The notes beneath the pieces are model-generated. The model ran no database searches. It saw only the letters and a list, made by a program, of their open reading frames with translations, and was not told the DNA's origin. Both the position numbers and the translations under genes were made by a program. Positions 1 through 8,298 of a stretch of DNA of 46,852 nucleotides are shown piece by piece (within the stretch, counting starts at the first letter, position 1; each line of letters opens with the position of its first letter). Source of the DNA: Chloroflexota bacterium (GTDB lineage Bacteria > Chloroflexota > Anaerolineae > Promineifilales > Promineifilaceae); NCBI GenBank assembly GCA_024638855.1, contig JAHEJP010000001.1, forward strand, positions 2,895 through 49,746, written 5' to 3'.

Positions 1-14
1 TTGGAGATATCAAG

Positions 15-2456
15 ATGACGATGCCCTCCTATCTAGGCCAATTTGATTTACAAGGACAACAGGAAAAGCAGCCAAGCAATGCCCTGGTCGTTAGCCTGGC
101 AATCGCCGTTTCCCTGTTTCTGTTAAGTCTTGTGAGCTGGTTCTTATTCGATCCGCTCAACCAACCGCTTCACATTTTTGTGCCCCTGGCAGCTTTGTTC
201 ATCATGATTCCTGGCATCTTGTTTATACGGCGAAAGAAAGTAGTGCTGGGTATCAGCTTATCGCTATTAGGGTTGGCCATAAGTTACCTCTTTCTCATCA
301 CGCAATTTGAAGGCGTTGGTACACTGGCGGCAATCGTCTTTTCTCTGGTCGTCATCAGCGCTGTACGGGAAACCTTTCCTCTAACTTTCGTTTCTCGTCT
401 AGCTATATTGGCGCTCGTCCTCGGCCTGTGTATGCTGATGTTGGATTTGTTTTGGCCGGGAGCCCGACGCCAGGCAGTGCCCCAGGGGTTATCCTTGCTG
501 GTGATTTTGGCCATTGCCGCTGGCCTGATGGTCACGCTTTATTCGCTGCGGCGCTATCCGCACTTCAGTCTTAGAGAAAAATTGGTCGCCGCCTTTGTAG
601 CCGTGGCCTTATTACCTCTGATTACAATCGTCACACTTAGCAATAACTCAACCCAAGATGTTTTAGTTAGGGACGCAAACCAGCGGCTGCAAGCCGCAAG
701 CCGGCAAACGGCCGTGGCCGTCGACGATTATCTTGACAATTACCTGCTCACAATTCGGACAGAGGCCAGCTTGCTCGAAGATAGTGGCTATCTTGATCTG
801 CCAGAAGAGGAGCGCAGTGGATCTGAAAAAGAAGCCAGCATCATGGCCCAGCTGGGGACCTATCGAGATAAAGATCCACTCAATATCTCATCCTATGCCT
901 TGTTGGATATCGATGGGCGTACGCTATTGGAATACCCGACAAATAGCCCTGAGTTGGATGAAGCGGGCCGTGATTACCTCACAGTGCCCCTTGAAACAGG
1001 CCAACCCTATGTATCGAGCGTGGAATTCACACCGGAGATGAGAGGGGCTTTCATCTATTTCAGCGCTCCGTTACACGATGCAACTGACCAGGTAACAGGC
1101 ATCATCCGAGCCCGCGTGAAAGCCAGCATTCTCCAGCAACTTATCGCTCGCAGCACCGGTTTGGTAGGCGGTCAATCATTCGCTGTGCTATTCGATGAGA
1201 ATTACATGCACCTGGCTCACGGCACGGCGCCCGAGACATTATTTAAACTTGTCTCTCCCCTCTCTCAAGAGCGCGTGGCAGAACTACAAGATCAATTGCG
1301 ACTCCCTCGCCTGCCTGTTGGCGGACTATCCACAAATTTGCCGGAACTGGCGAATAAGCTTGATAATGCGCAAGAGCAACCATTTTTCACGGCTGAAGAT
1401 GTGGCCACAGGCGATAAAATTAACCAGGTTGCGGTGATCAGAACCAGTCGCCAACCGTGGCTGGTGGCATTCTTCCAACCACAAGAAGTGTTTTTAGCTC
1501 CCGCCGAAAGCCAAACCCAAACGGCCGTCATCTTATCTGTAGTCGTTACTGCGGCCGTCGTCTTGGTGGCAGTGGTGCTGGCATCATTCCTAACCGGGCC
1601 AATCAACCGGCTACAAGAAGTCGCCGAAAAAGTGGCTCAAGGCGATCTCGGCGCACGGGCTAAGGTGGAATCCGACGATGAGATTGGTTCCTTGGCCAAT
1701 ACTTTCAATCTAACCACCGGCCGGCTCCAAGAAACATTGCTGACCCTGGAACAACGGATTGCTGACCGCACCCGTGCATTGACTATCAGCAGCGAGGTGG
1801 GTCGCCGTCTATCTACCATTCTTGACGAACAGCAATTGGTATCAGAAGTAGTGGAACAAGTACAAAAGGCTTTTGGTTACTACCATGCCCATATCTACCT
1901 GCTGAACGACGAGGGCGATCGCCTGATCATGATGGGTGGCACCGGCCGGGCTGGTCAATTGATGTTAGCACAAGGTCATTACGTCGACAAGGATAAGGGA
2001 TTGGTCGGCCGGGCAGCTAGAGAAAACAGGGTCGTCTTTGTGCCTGATATCAGAAAGGATCCAGAGTGGTTGCCGAATACACTGCTACCAGACACCATGT
2101 CGGAGGTAGCCGTGCCCATCGCCGTCGGCGACCAGGTACTTGGAGTGCTAGACGCTCAGGACGATGAGGCCAATGGTTTACAACAACAAGACGCTGACCT
2201 ACTTTTTTCGATTGCCAACCAAGTTGCCATCGCACTTCAGAACGCCAAAACTTATGCTGAGATTCAACGACAAGCGGAACGACGCGCATTGATCAATGAG
2301 ATCAATCGCAAGATCCAGAACACTTTTGATGCCCAGAAGGCAATGCAGATAGCCGTCCGGGAAGTAGGTAGGGCAGTAGGCGGGCGATCCGCTCGTGTCT
2401 GGCTGAACGATCCGGCGGGCAGCACCAATGGAAACTCATCCGATGCGGAGGAGTGA
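15..2456 (+). CDS. Membrane sensor protein: multi-TM N-terminus + extracytoplasmic Cache-like domain + HAMP + GAF, with no catalytic output domain
   Basis: ATG at 15 is preceded by GGAGA. The first ~200 aa are hydrophobic helices. A ~290-aa extracytoplasmic region follows (ISSYALLDIDGRTLLEYP, PYVSSVEF), then a TM segment. HAMP motifs: GPINRLQEVAEKVAQGDLG...DEIGSLANTFN. GAF motifs: YYHAHIYLL, GLVGRAA, SEVAVPI, GVLDAQ. No H-box, N/G-box, GGDEF or EAL motif follows the GAF. Confidence 0.8.
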   Translation: MTMPSYLGQFDLQGQQEKQPSNALVVSLAIAVSLFLLSLVSWFLFDPLNQPLHIFVPLAALFIMIPGILFIRRKKVVLGISLSLLGLAISYLFLITQFEGVGTLAAIVFSLVVISAVRETFPLTFVSRLAILALVLGLCMLMLDLFWPGARRQAVPQGLSLLVILAIAAGLMVTLYSLRRYPHFSLREKLVAAFVAVALLPLITIVTLSNNSTQDVLVRDANQRLQAASRQTAVAVDDYLDNYLLTIRTEASLLEDSGYLDLPEEERSGSEKEASIMAQLGTYRDKDPLNISSYALLDIDGRTLLEYPTNSPELDEAGRDYLTVPLETGQPYVSSVEFTPEMRGAFIYFSAPLHDATDQVTGIIRARVKASILQQLIARSTGLVGGQSFAVLFDENYMHLAHGTAPETLFKLVSPLSQERVAELQDQLRLPRLPVGGLSTNLPELANKLDNAQEQPFFTAEDVATGDKINQVAVIRTSRQPWLVAFFQPQEVFLAPAESQTQTAVILSVVVTAAVVLVAVVLASFLTGPINRLQEVAEKVAQGDLGARAKVESDDEIGSLANTFNLTTGRLQETLLTLEQRIADRTRALTISSEVGRRLSTILDEQQLVSEVVEQVQKAFGYYHAHIYLLNDEGDRLIMMGGTGRAGQLMLAQGHYVDKDKGLVGRAARENRVVFVPDIRKDPEWLPNTLLPDTMSEVAVPIAVGDQVLGVLDAQDDEANGLQQQDADLLFSIANQVAIALQNAKTYAEIQRQAERRALINEINRKIQNTFDAQKAMQIAVREVGRAVGGRSARVWLNDPAGSTNGNSSDAEE

Positions 2457-2462
2457 TATAGA

Positions 2463-3563
2463 ATGAGGATTCAGAAAGCCTGGCTGGCATTGATATGTTT
2501 ATTCGCCTTTGTGATCTTGGCAGTTGCTTGTAACGCGGCCGATTTGCAGGAGCCCGAGACCGAACTGCCAGTGCAATCTGAAAGTTCAGGCGTATTGAGT
2601 TTTTACAATTGGGATACCTACATCGATCCAGAGATCCTATCCAGTTTTGAGCAGACTTATGGCGTAACTATCGACTACCAGATATTCGATTCCGATGAGG
2701 ATATGTACGATGAATTATTGGCTGGGGGGACCGGCAAATACGATTTGGTCGTTCCCTCGGATATCACCGTCAACGACATGCGTAATTACCGGCTGTTAGC
2801 TCCTCTAAATAAAGAGCAGATCCCAAACTTCGGTAACATTGATCCAACCTTCGTCAGCCCTGCATTCGACCCGGCCAATCGTTACTGTGCCCCTTACCAG
2901 TGGGGAACAGTTGGCATTGGCTATGACCTGGCTGCGACTGGTAGAGAGATCAATAGCTGGGAGGATGTTTTCGATCCGGCTTTCGCCGGGAGAGTAGCTT
3001 TGCTGGATGACTACCGAACCACGATGGGGTTGGTCTTGATCATGCTAGGATACAGCCCAAATACTAGTAATGCGACATATATCACCGAGGCCACTGAATT
3101 CCTAAAGGAACACAAGGAACAAATAGGTGGATACGTTGGAGATAATGCACAGGATCTGCTATTGGCAGGTGAATATGATCTGGTCATGGAGTGGAGTGGC
3201 GATATTTTCCAGATAATGGAAGAAAACCCCAATATACAATACGTGATCCCCGCTGAAGGTTCGATCATTTGGGTAGACAATATTTGCATCCCGGCCGATG
3301 CTCCCAATAAAGAGATGGCTGAAACGTTTATCAACTATCTCCTAGAGCCGGAGGTAGGGGCCACATTAACCAATTACGTTCAATATGGCTCACCGAACCA
3401 GGCTTCGCTGCCCTATATCGAAGATGATATTCTAAATGACCCGGCTATTTACCCGTCGGAGTCAGTTCGGGAGCGCTTATTTTTTCTGGTCGACGTAGGT
3501 ATGGCGATTGATGATTCTTACCAGCTGGCATGGGAAGAAATACTTTCTGGTCATGGATCTTGA
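2463..3563 (+). CDS. PotD/PotF-family (spermidine/putrescine-type) periplasmic substrate-binding protein, probably a lipoprotein
   Basis: Signal peptide ends in Cys (FVILAVAC). YNWDTYIDPE...YGVTIDYQIFDSDEDMY...KYDLVVPSD is typical of polyamine-binding proteins. GGAGGAG lies 9 nt upstream of the ATG. No potABC-type permease or ATPase is adjacent. Confidence 0.85.
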   Translation: MRIQKAWLALICLFAFVILAVACNAADLQEPETELPVQSESSGVLSFYNWDTYIDPEILSSFEQTYGVTIDYQIFDSDEDMYDELLAGGTGKYDLVVPSDITVNDMRNYRLLAPLNKEQIPNFGNIDPTFVSPAFDPANRYCAPYQWGTVGIGYDLAATGREINSWEDVFDPAFAGRVALLDDYRTTMGLVLIMLGYSPNTSNATYITEATEFLKEHKEQIGGYVGDNAQDLLLAGEYDLVMEWSGDIFQIMEENPNIQYVIPAEGSIIWVDNICIPADAPNKEMAETFINYLLEPEVGATLTNYVQYGSPNQASLPYIEDDILNDPAIYPSESVRERLFFLVDVGMAIDDSYQLAWEEILSGHGS

Positions 3564-3604
3564 TGCCTAGCAAAATGTTTCAGGAACATTCCAAGGCAAA
3601 TCTC

Positions 3605-5542
3605 ATGAAACGCAAGTTGTCTATTGAAAAACTCAGACCAAACAGCATTAAGACCCAGATCATATTGGGTTTTAGCATCATTCTCAGCTTGACCTTACTC
3701 ATTGCGGTCATCAATCTTGTTGCTCTGCAAGTACTGCAAACAAATATCGAAGCAACCATACAGGAAGCCAGCCGGGTCCGTGAATTAAGCCAGGAATTTG
3801 AAAACCAGTTTCTCCTAGCCAGACAAGAGGAAAAAGCTTTCTTGGACAATTGGCGCACCTTGGGCTACGAGATGGCGGCCGAAACACACGTCGCGGCAAG
3901 CCAGGAACATGTCGCGAATGCGCGCCGTAGCCTTGAGGAATTGGGACAATTAATCGACGATAGCTCCTACCAGCACTTGGACCAAATATCGGAAGAATTA
4001 GCTGTTCTGGGCCCTGCGCTCGATAGATATGAGTCTTCGTTCTTAGAAACTGTGGATAAGATTGGCGATCGCAGCCGGGCCGGTGGCTCCGAGTTAAGAT
4101 TACAAAACGCCAAGCGCAATGTGCAAGAATTGGCCAGTACGATTCCGAACAGTATCGAATTGAATCGGACCATCGTACAAATGGATGCCAGCGAACAGGC
4201 ATTTTTCGGCAACGGTCATCAGGAACATGTGGATCAGGCCAGGTTGCTTACCTTAAAAACCAAAGATTTGTTAAACAACACGCCTCACCTCGATTGGGCC
4301 TATTCAGATATGGCCCGACCCCTGCTCGTGAAAGCAGTCGAAGAAAGGCAAGCAGCTTTTGGTGATTTAGTTGAGCTAGATCAAGAGATCTGGATCAATG
4401 CAGCTATATTCCAAGAGACAAACTTGGAGATCAGTGAATTGACCGGTCACATCGGAGAAGATGCCGCAGAGGCTCTAGCCAACGGCAGAACTAACCTAGT
4501 GAGAGCGGTCACTGGCAGTAGCATCATATCCATTATCGTCAGCCTGGCTGTCCTGGCCATCGGTGTGCTTACGGCCTTAGTATTGGGCCGGCGTATCCTT
4601 GGCCCGCTGAACCAATTAACGGAGGCCTCCAGGCAGATCGGCGAAGGTAACCTGCTGGTAACAGTCCCCGTCAGCGGTCAGGACGAATTCGCAACACTTG
4701 GCCAGGCCTTCAACCAGATGGCCAAAGAATTGCGCAGCTTGATTGGATCCTTGGAGCGAATGGTCGCCGACCGCACGCGAGCCCTGTCCACCAGCTTCCA
4801 GGTCAGCCGCCGTCTTTCGACCATCCTAGACCAACAGCAACTTGTGGCCACGGTTGTAGAACAAGTGCAGGCCGCTTTCGACTATTATCACGCCCATATC
4901 TATCTCGTTGATGACTGGACAGGGCAGTTGCGCATGGTCGGGGGGACCGGCGAAGCAGGCCAGGCAATGTTGGCCGCCGGTCATAAATTGGAGAAGAGCC
5001 AGGGTCTCGTTGGCAGGGCAGCAGAAACGCGCAAACCAGTCATCGTACCGGATGTCAGCCAGGACCCACAATGGTTGCCCAACCCGCTCCTTCCTGGCAC
5101 ACGGGCTGAGATCGCTGTGCCCATTATGCTGGGAAATAAAGTCAGAGGCGTCCTTGACGTCCAGCATGACATCCGCGATGGGCTGGATAAAACGGATGCC
5201 GAACTCTTGCAGACAATAGCGAACCAAGTCGCCATCGCGCTGCAAAACGCCCAGCTTTATGAAGATACTCAACAGGTCGCCCAACGCGAAGCGACAGTGA
5301 ACAGCATTAACCAAAAGATACAACAAGCAGCCACGATAGAAAACGTGCTGGAAATTGCGGCTCTAGAATTGGGCAAGGCTTTAGGTAAAAAGCCCACCAG
5401 TGTGCAGCTTGGTTTTTCGACACGAAGCAAAACTACCCTGGCTTCCGGACATCAGTTTACCAACATGCAACCTAAACGTATTGACAATAGGACAAAAAAC
5501 AAGCCGACAAAAAATGGTCACCCACCAGAGTTGGCAACATAG
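3605..5542 (+). CDS. Membrane sensor: TM + helical extracytoplasmic domain + TM + HAMP + GAF, no catalytic output domain (paralog of 15..2456 in the HAMP-GAF part)
   Basis: ATG at 3605 (MKRKL...) has AAGG 8 nt upstream. An alternative ATG at 3563 overlaps the upstream stop as TGATG. HAMP: GPLNQLTEASRQIGEGNL...DEFATLGQAFNQM. GAF: YYHAHIYLV, GLVGRAA, AEIAVPI, GVLDVQHD. The protein ends without kinase or cyclase motifs. Confidence 0.8.
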   Translation: MKRKLSIEKLRPNSIKTQIILGFSIILSLTLLIAVINLVALQVLQTNIEATIQEASRVRELSQEFENQFLLARQEEKAFLDNWRTLGYEMAAETHVAASQEHVANARRSLEELGQLIDDSSYQHLDQISEELAVLGPALDRYESSFLETVDKIGDRSRAGGSELRLQNAKRNVQELASTIPNSIELNRTIVQMDASEQAFFGNGHQEHVDQARLLTLKTKDLLNNTPHLDWAYSDMARPLLVKAVEERQAAFGDLVELDQEIWINAAIFQETNLEISELTGHIGEDAAEALANGRTNLVRAVTGSSIISIIVSLAVLAIGVLTALVLGRRILGPLNQLTEASRQIGEGNLLVTVPVSGQDEFATLGQAFNQMAKELRSLIGSLERMVADRTRALSTSFQVSRRLSTILDQQQLVATVVEQVQAAFDYYHAHIYLVDDWTGQLRMVGGTGEAGQAMLAAGHKLEKSQGLVGRAAETRKPVIVPDVSQDPQWLPNPLLPGTRAEIAVPIMLGNKVRGVLDVQHDIRDGLDKTDAELLQTIANQVAIALQNAQLYEDTQQVAQREATVNSINQKIQQAATIENVLEIAALELGKALGKKPTSVQLGFSTRSKTTLASGHQFTNMQPKRIDNRTKNKPTKNGHPPELAT

Positions 5543-5588
5543 TTGGCAACATTGTTGGATACAAAGTTGAACGAGTAGGTTTACTGCT

Positions 5589-8297
5589 ATGAATAATAAA
5601 TTAACGACAGGTAACGGCGAAGGCAGGAAGAAGACAGAATACTATTTCACGATCCGGTATACCTTGGTGGGTGTTGCCTTCGGGCTTGTGTTCCCATTCG
5701 TGGCCACGATTATCGTCTTGTTTGATAAGGGTTTGTCCTTCAATATCGCCTCTGTCGGCGGGGTTCACTACTTTGAACCGCTCTTGTGGATAATCGACAC
5801 GGCGCCACTTATCCTGGGCTTATTCGCGGCTCTTATTGGCCGGCGTGAAGATCGGCTTGAAAAGTCAAGACAACAGTTAGAGGCTATGGTCGGCGCCCTG
5901 GAAGAACGAGTGACTGCCACGTCTCGTGACCTCGATCGGGCCATTGAAGTCGGTCACACGGTTACCCAGGTCGATAACCTCGACGATATGATAGCCCAGG
6001 CTGTCGAACTCATCAGGGGCAGCTTTGAACTCTATTATGTTCAGGTTTATCTGCTAGATGCCAATGATCATAATTTAATACTGCGCGCCGGGACAGGGAC
6101 TATTGGCCAGACCCTGGTCCATCAAAATCACCGGCTACCCGTAAGCCTAGGATCTATCGTCGGTTCGTCCGCACTGGAAAAGAGGACCATCGTAGTCGCC
6201 AACACGACCACCAGCGAGGTTCACCAGCCGAATCCACTGCTTCCCAATACCTGTTCTGAGATGGCTATGCCGCTCATTCTCGGTGACCAGGTAGTCGGCG
6301 TTCTTGATTTGCAGAGTGATATCCCAGGTAAATTAACCGACGAAACTGTTCCTGCTTTAGAAGCTGTGGCTGGCCAACTTACGATGGCTATCCAAAATGC
6401 CCGTTTGATGGTCCAAACGAAAGAGGCTAGCTTGCAGAGTGATCACCAGGTCCGGCAGCAAACCCGTAAAGGCTGGCAAGAGTTCCTAGATGCAATTGAA
6501 CGAAGTGATTATCTCGGTTACGTCTACGAGGCTGGAAACGTCACGCCTCTAGAACAACCTTTGATAAACAATCTAAGCAAGGATGACCTCTTCATACCAA
6601 TCCTGATCACGGACGAACATGTGGGATCGATTCGAGTTCAAGGAGAGAAGGATCATGAATGGGGCTCCTATGAGAAGGATATCGCCGCGGCTGTGGCCGA
6701 ACAGGTGGCAAAACAGGTAGAAAGCCTGAGATTACTGTCCGAAGCGGATCATTACAGGAGCGAGGCTGAAGATGCTACGCGCCGGCTCACACGAGAAGGC
6801 TGGGAAGATTATCTACTGCAGAAGGTGCCTCATGGAACCGGGTACGAATATCAAGATAATCGGGTGAACATGCTTCTGACGGAACCAAACGGCGACAGGC
6901 GCAACTCAACTATTTACCAAGAGCTTAAGGTTCGGGGTGAGACGATAGGCCAGCTGGAGATCACCCAGGTTGAAGGTCTTGATGACGAAGCTGCCGATCT
7001 TGTTGCGGCAGTGGCAGTACAATTGAGCGCTCATCTCGAAGGTTTAAGGCTGAGCGAACAGACCGAGCGCGCTCTAGCTGAAACAGAGCTGCAGGCGCAG
7101 CGATTCGCCGAGCTCAATAGGTTGAGCCAGGCGCTTTCCAGTGCGGATACGCTCGATGATGTATACAAGGTAGCGGCCGCTAATATCAGCCGGATTGTCC
7201 CAGCTAACCGAATTAGCATCGCGATCCTCGATCCTGGCAAAGATAGTTTCGATATTTTGGCCCTAAACGGTGAATCAGGCGCTACCAAGGTGGGAGTTGT
7301 GACATCCACGGAGGGATCGGTTTTAGCTACCGCTGTCGAGCAAAAACGGGTGGTCGCCAAAAACCAGGCAGATGAAGGTGGGTTGCCTGGAATTGAGTCT
7401 TTCATGGTTGCTCCTCTGACTGCCGGCGGTCAAACCTTCGGAACATTAAATTTGGGTCACAATGAGCCCAATGCATTTGATCCAGGAGATGAACTGCTAA
7501 TGCTCCAGGTGGCATCCATCCTAGCCTCCACTTTAGAGAGCCAGCGACTGTTCGATAAGATAGTTCATAGAGCGGAAGAATTGGCCGCCATCAGTGAAAC
7601 AGCCCAGAACCGAGCAGAAGAACTGGCCATTCTCAATGAAATGGGACGATCCCTGACCTCGATGACCGATCGAGAATTGGTCATGACGACCGTCTACCAA
7701 CATGCAGCCCGTCTTATCCAGGCAGATAGTCTTTATATCTCCCTGTTTGACGCTAATAAAGATGAGATCATTTTCAGGATTTTTGGTGAAGGAGAGGAGA
7801 CAAGCAAATCGGCGTCGCGGAGGCGCAGTGGCAACGGCATAACTGAATACGTCATCAGAACAAGGAAACCACTGCTCATCAAAAATGAATTGGAAAACCG
7901 GATTGAGGAATTAGGAATTGAAGCGCATGGACGGATGGCCGCATCCTGGCTTGGTGTACCCATGACTACCGGCGACCAGGTAGTTGGGGTCCTGGCGGTA
8001 CAAAGTTTCGAAAGAACGAATGCATTCGATGAGCACCACCGGGAATTATTGACGGCCGTTGCCAACCAGGCCGTGATTGCGCTGGAAAATGCGAGCATGT
8101 TTGAACAAGCCCAGATGCGCGCTAAGCAGGAACGACTATTGCGGGAGATCACCGAACGAGTTCGTAATTCGGCCGATGTCGATACAGTCATGCGCACGGC
8201 TGCGCAAGAAGTCGGCCGGGCACTAGGCCGGCAAAGTTTCATTTACCTGGGCGATCATGACGACGGGGTTCCTTTCGATCCGGTAGAGGAGACATGA
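5589..8297 (+). CDS. Multi-GAF protein: 2 N-terminal TM helices, GAF, two degenerate ~100-aa GAF-like modules, two further GAF domains, no catalytic output
   Basis: TM helices: VGVAFGLVFPFVATIIVLF and LLWIIDTAPLILGLFAALIG. GAF1: LYYVQVYLLD...SEMAMPLILGDQVVGVLDLQSD. GAF2: ANRISIAILD...FMVAPLTAGGQTFGTLNL. GAF3: ADSLYISLFD...WLGVPMTTGDQVVGVLAVQS. No H-box or other enzymatic motif. Confidence 0.8.
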   Translation: MNNKLTTGNGEGRKKTEYYFTIRYTLVGVAFGLVFPFVATIIVLFDKGLSFNIASVGGVHYFEPLLWIIDTAPLILGLFAALIGRREDRLEKSRQQLEAMVGALEERVTATSRDLDRAIEVGHTVTQVDNLDDMIAQAVELIRGSFELYYVQVYLLDANDHNLILRAGTGTIGQTLVHQNHRLPVSLGSIVGSSALEKRTIVVANTTTSEVHQPNPLLPNTCSEMAMPLILGDQVVGVLDLQSDIPGKLTDETVPALEAVAGQLTMAIQNARLMVQTKEASLQSDHQVRQQTRKGWQEFLDAIERSDYLGYVYEAGNVTPLEQPLINNLSKDDLFIPILITDEHVGSIRVQGEKDHEWGSYEKDIAAAVAEQVAKQVESLRLLSEADHYRSEAEDATRRLTREGWEDYLLQKVPHGTGYEYQDNRVNMLLTEPNGDRRNSTIYQELKVRGETIGQLEITQVEGLDDEAADLVAAVAVQLSAHLEGLRLSEQTERALAETELQAQRFAELNRLSQALSSADTLDDVYKVAAANISRIVPANRISIAILDPGKDSFDILALNGESGATKVGVVTSTEGSVLATAVEQKRVVAKNQADEGGLPGIESFMVAPLTAGGQTFGTLNLGHNEPNAFDPGDELLMLQVASILASTLESQRLFDKIVHRAEELAAISETAQNRAEELAILNEMGRSLTSMTDRELVMTTVYQHAARLIQADSLYISLFDANKDEIIFRIFGEGEETSKSASRRRSGNGITEYVIRTRKPLLIKNELENRIEELGIEAHGRMAASWLGVPMTTGDQVVGVLAVQSFERTNAFDEHHRELLTAVANQAVIALENASMFEQAQMRAKQERLLREITERVRNSADVDTVMRTAAQEVGRALGRQSFIYLGDHDDGVPFDPVEET

Positions 8298-8298
8298 C

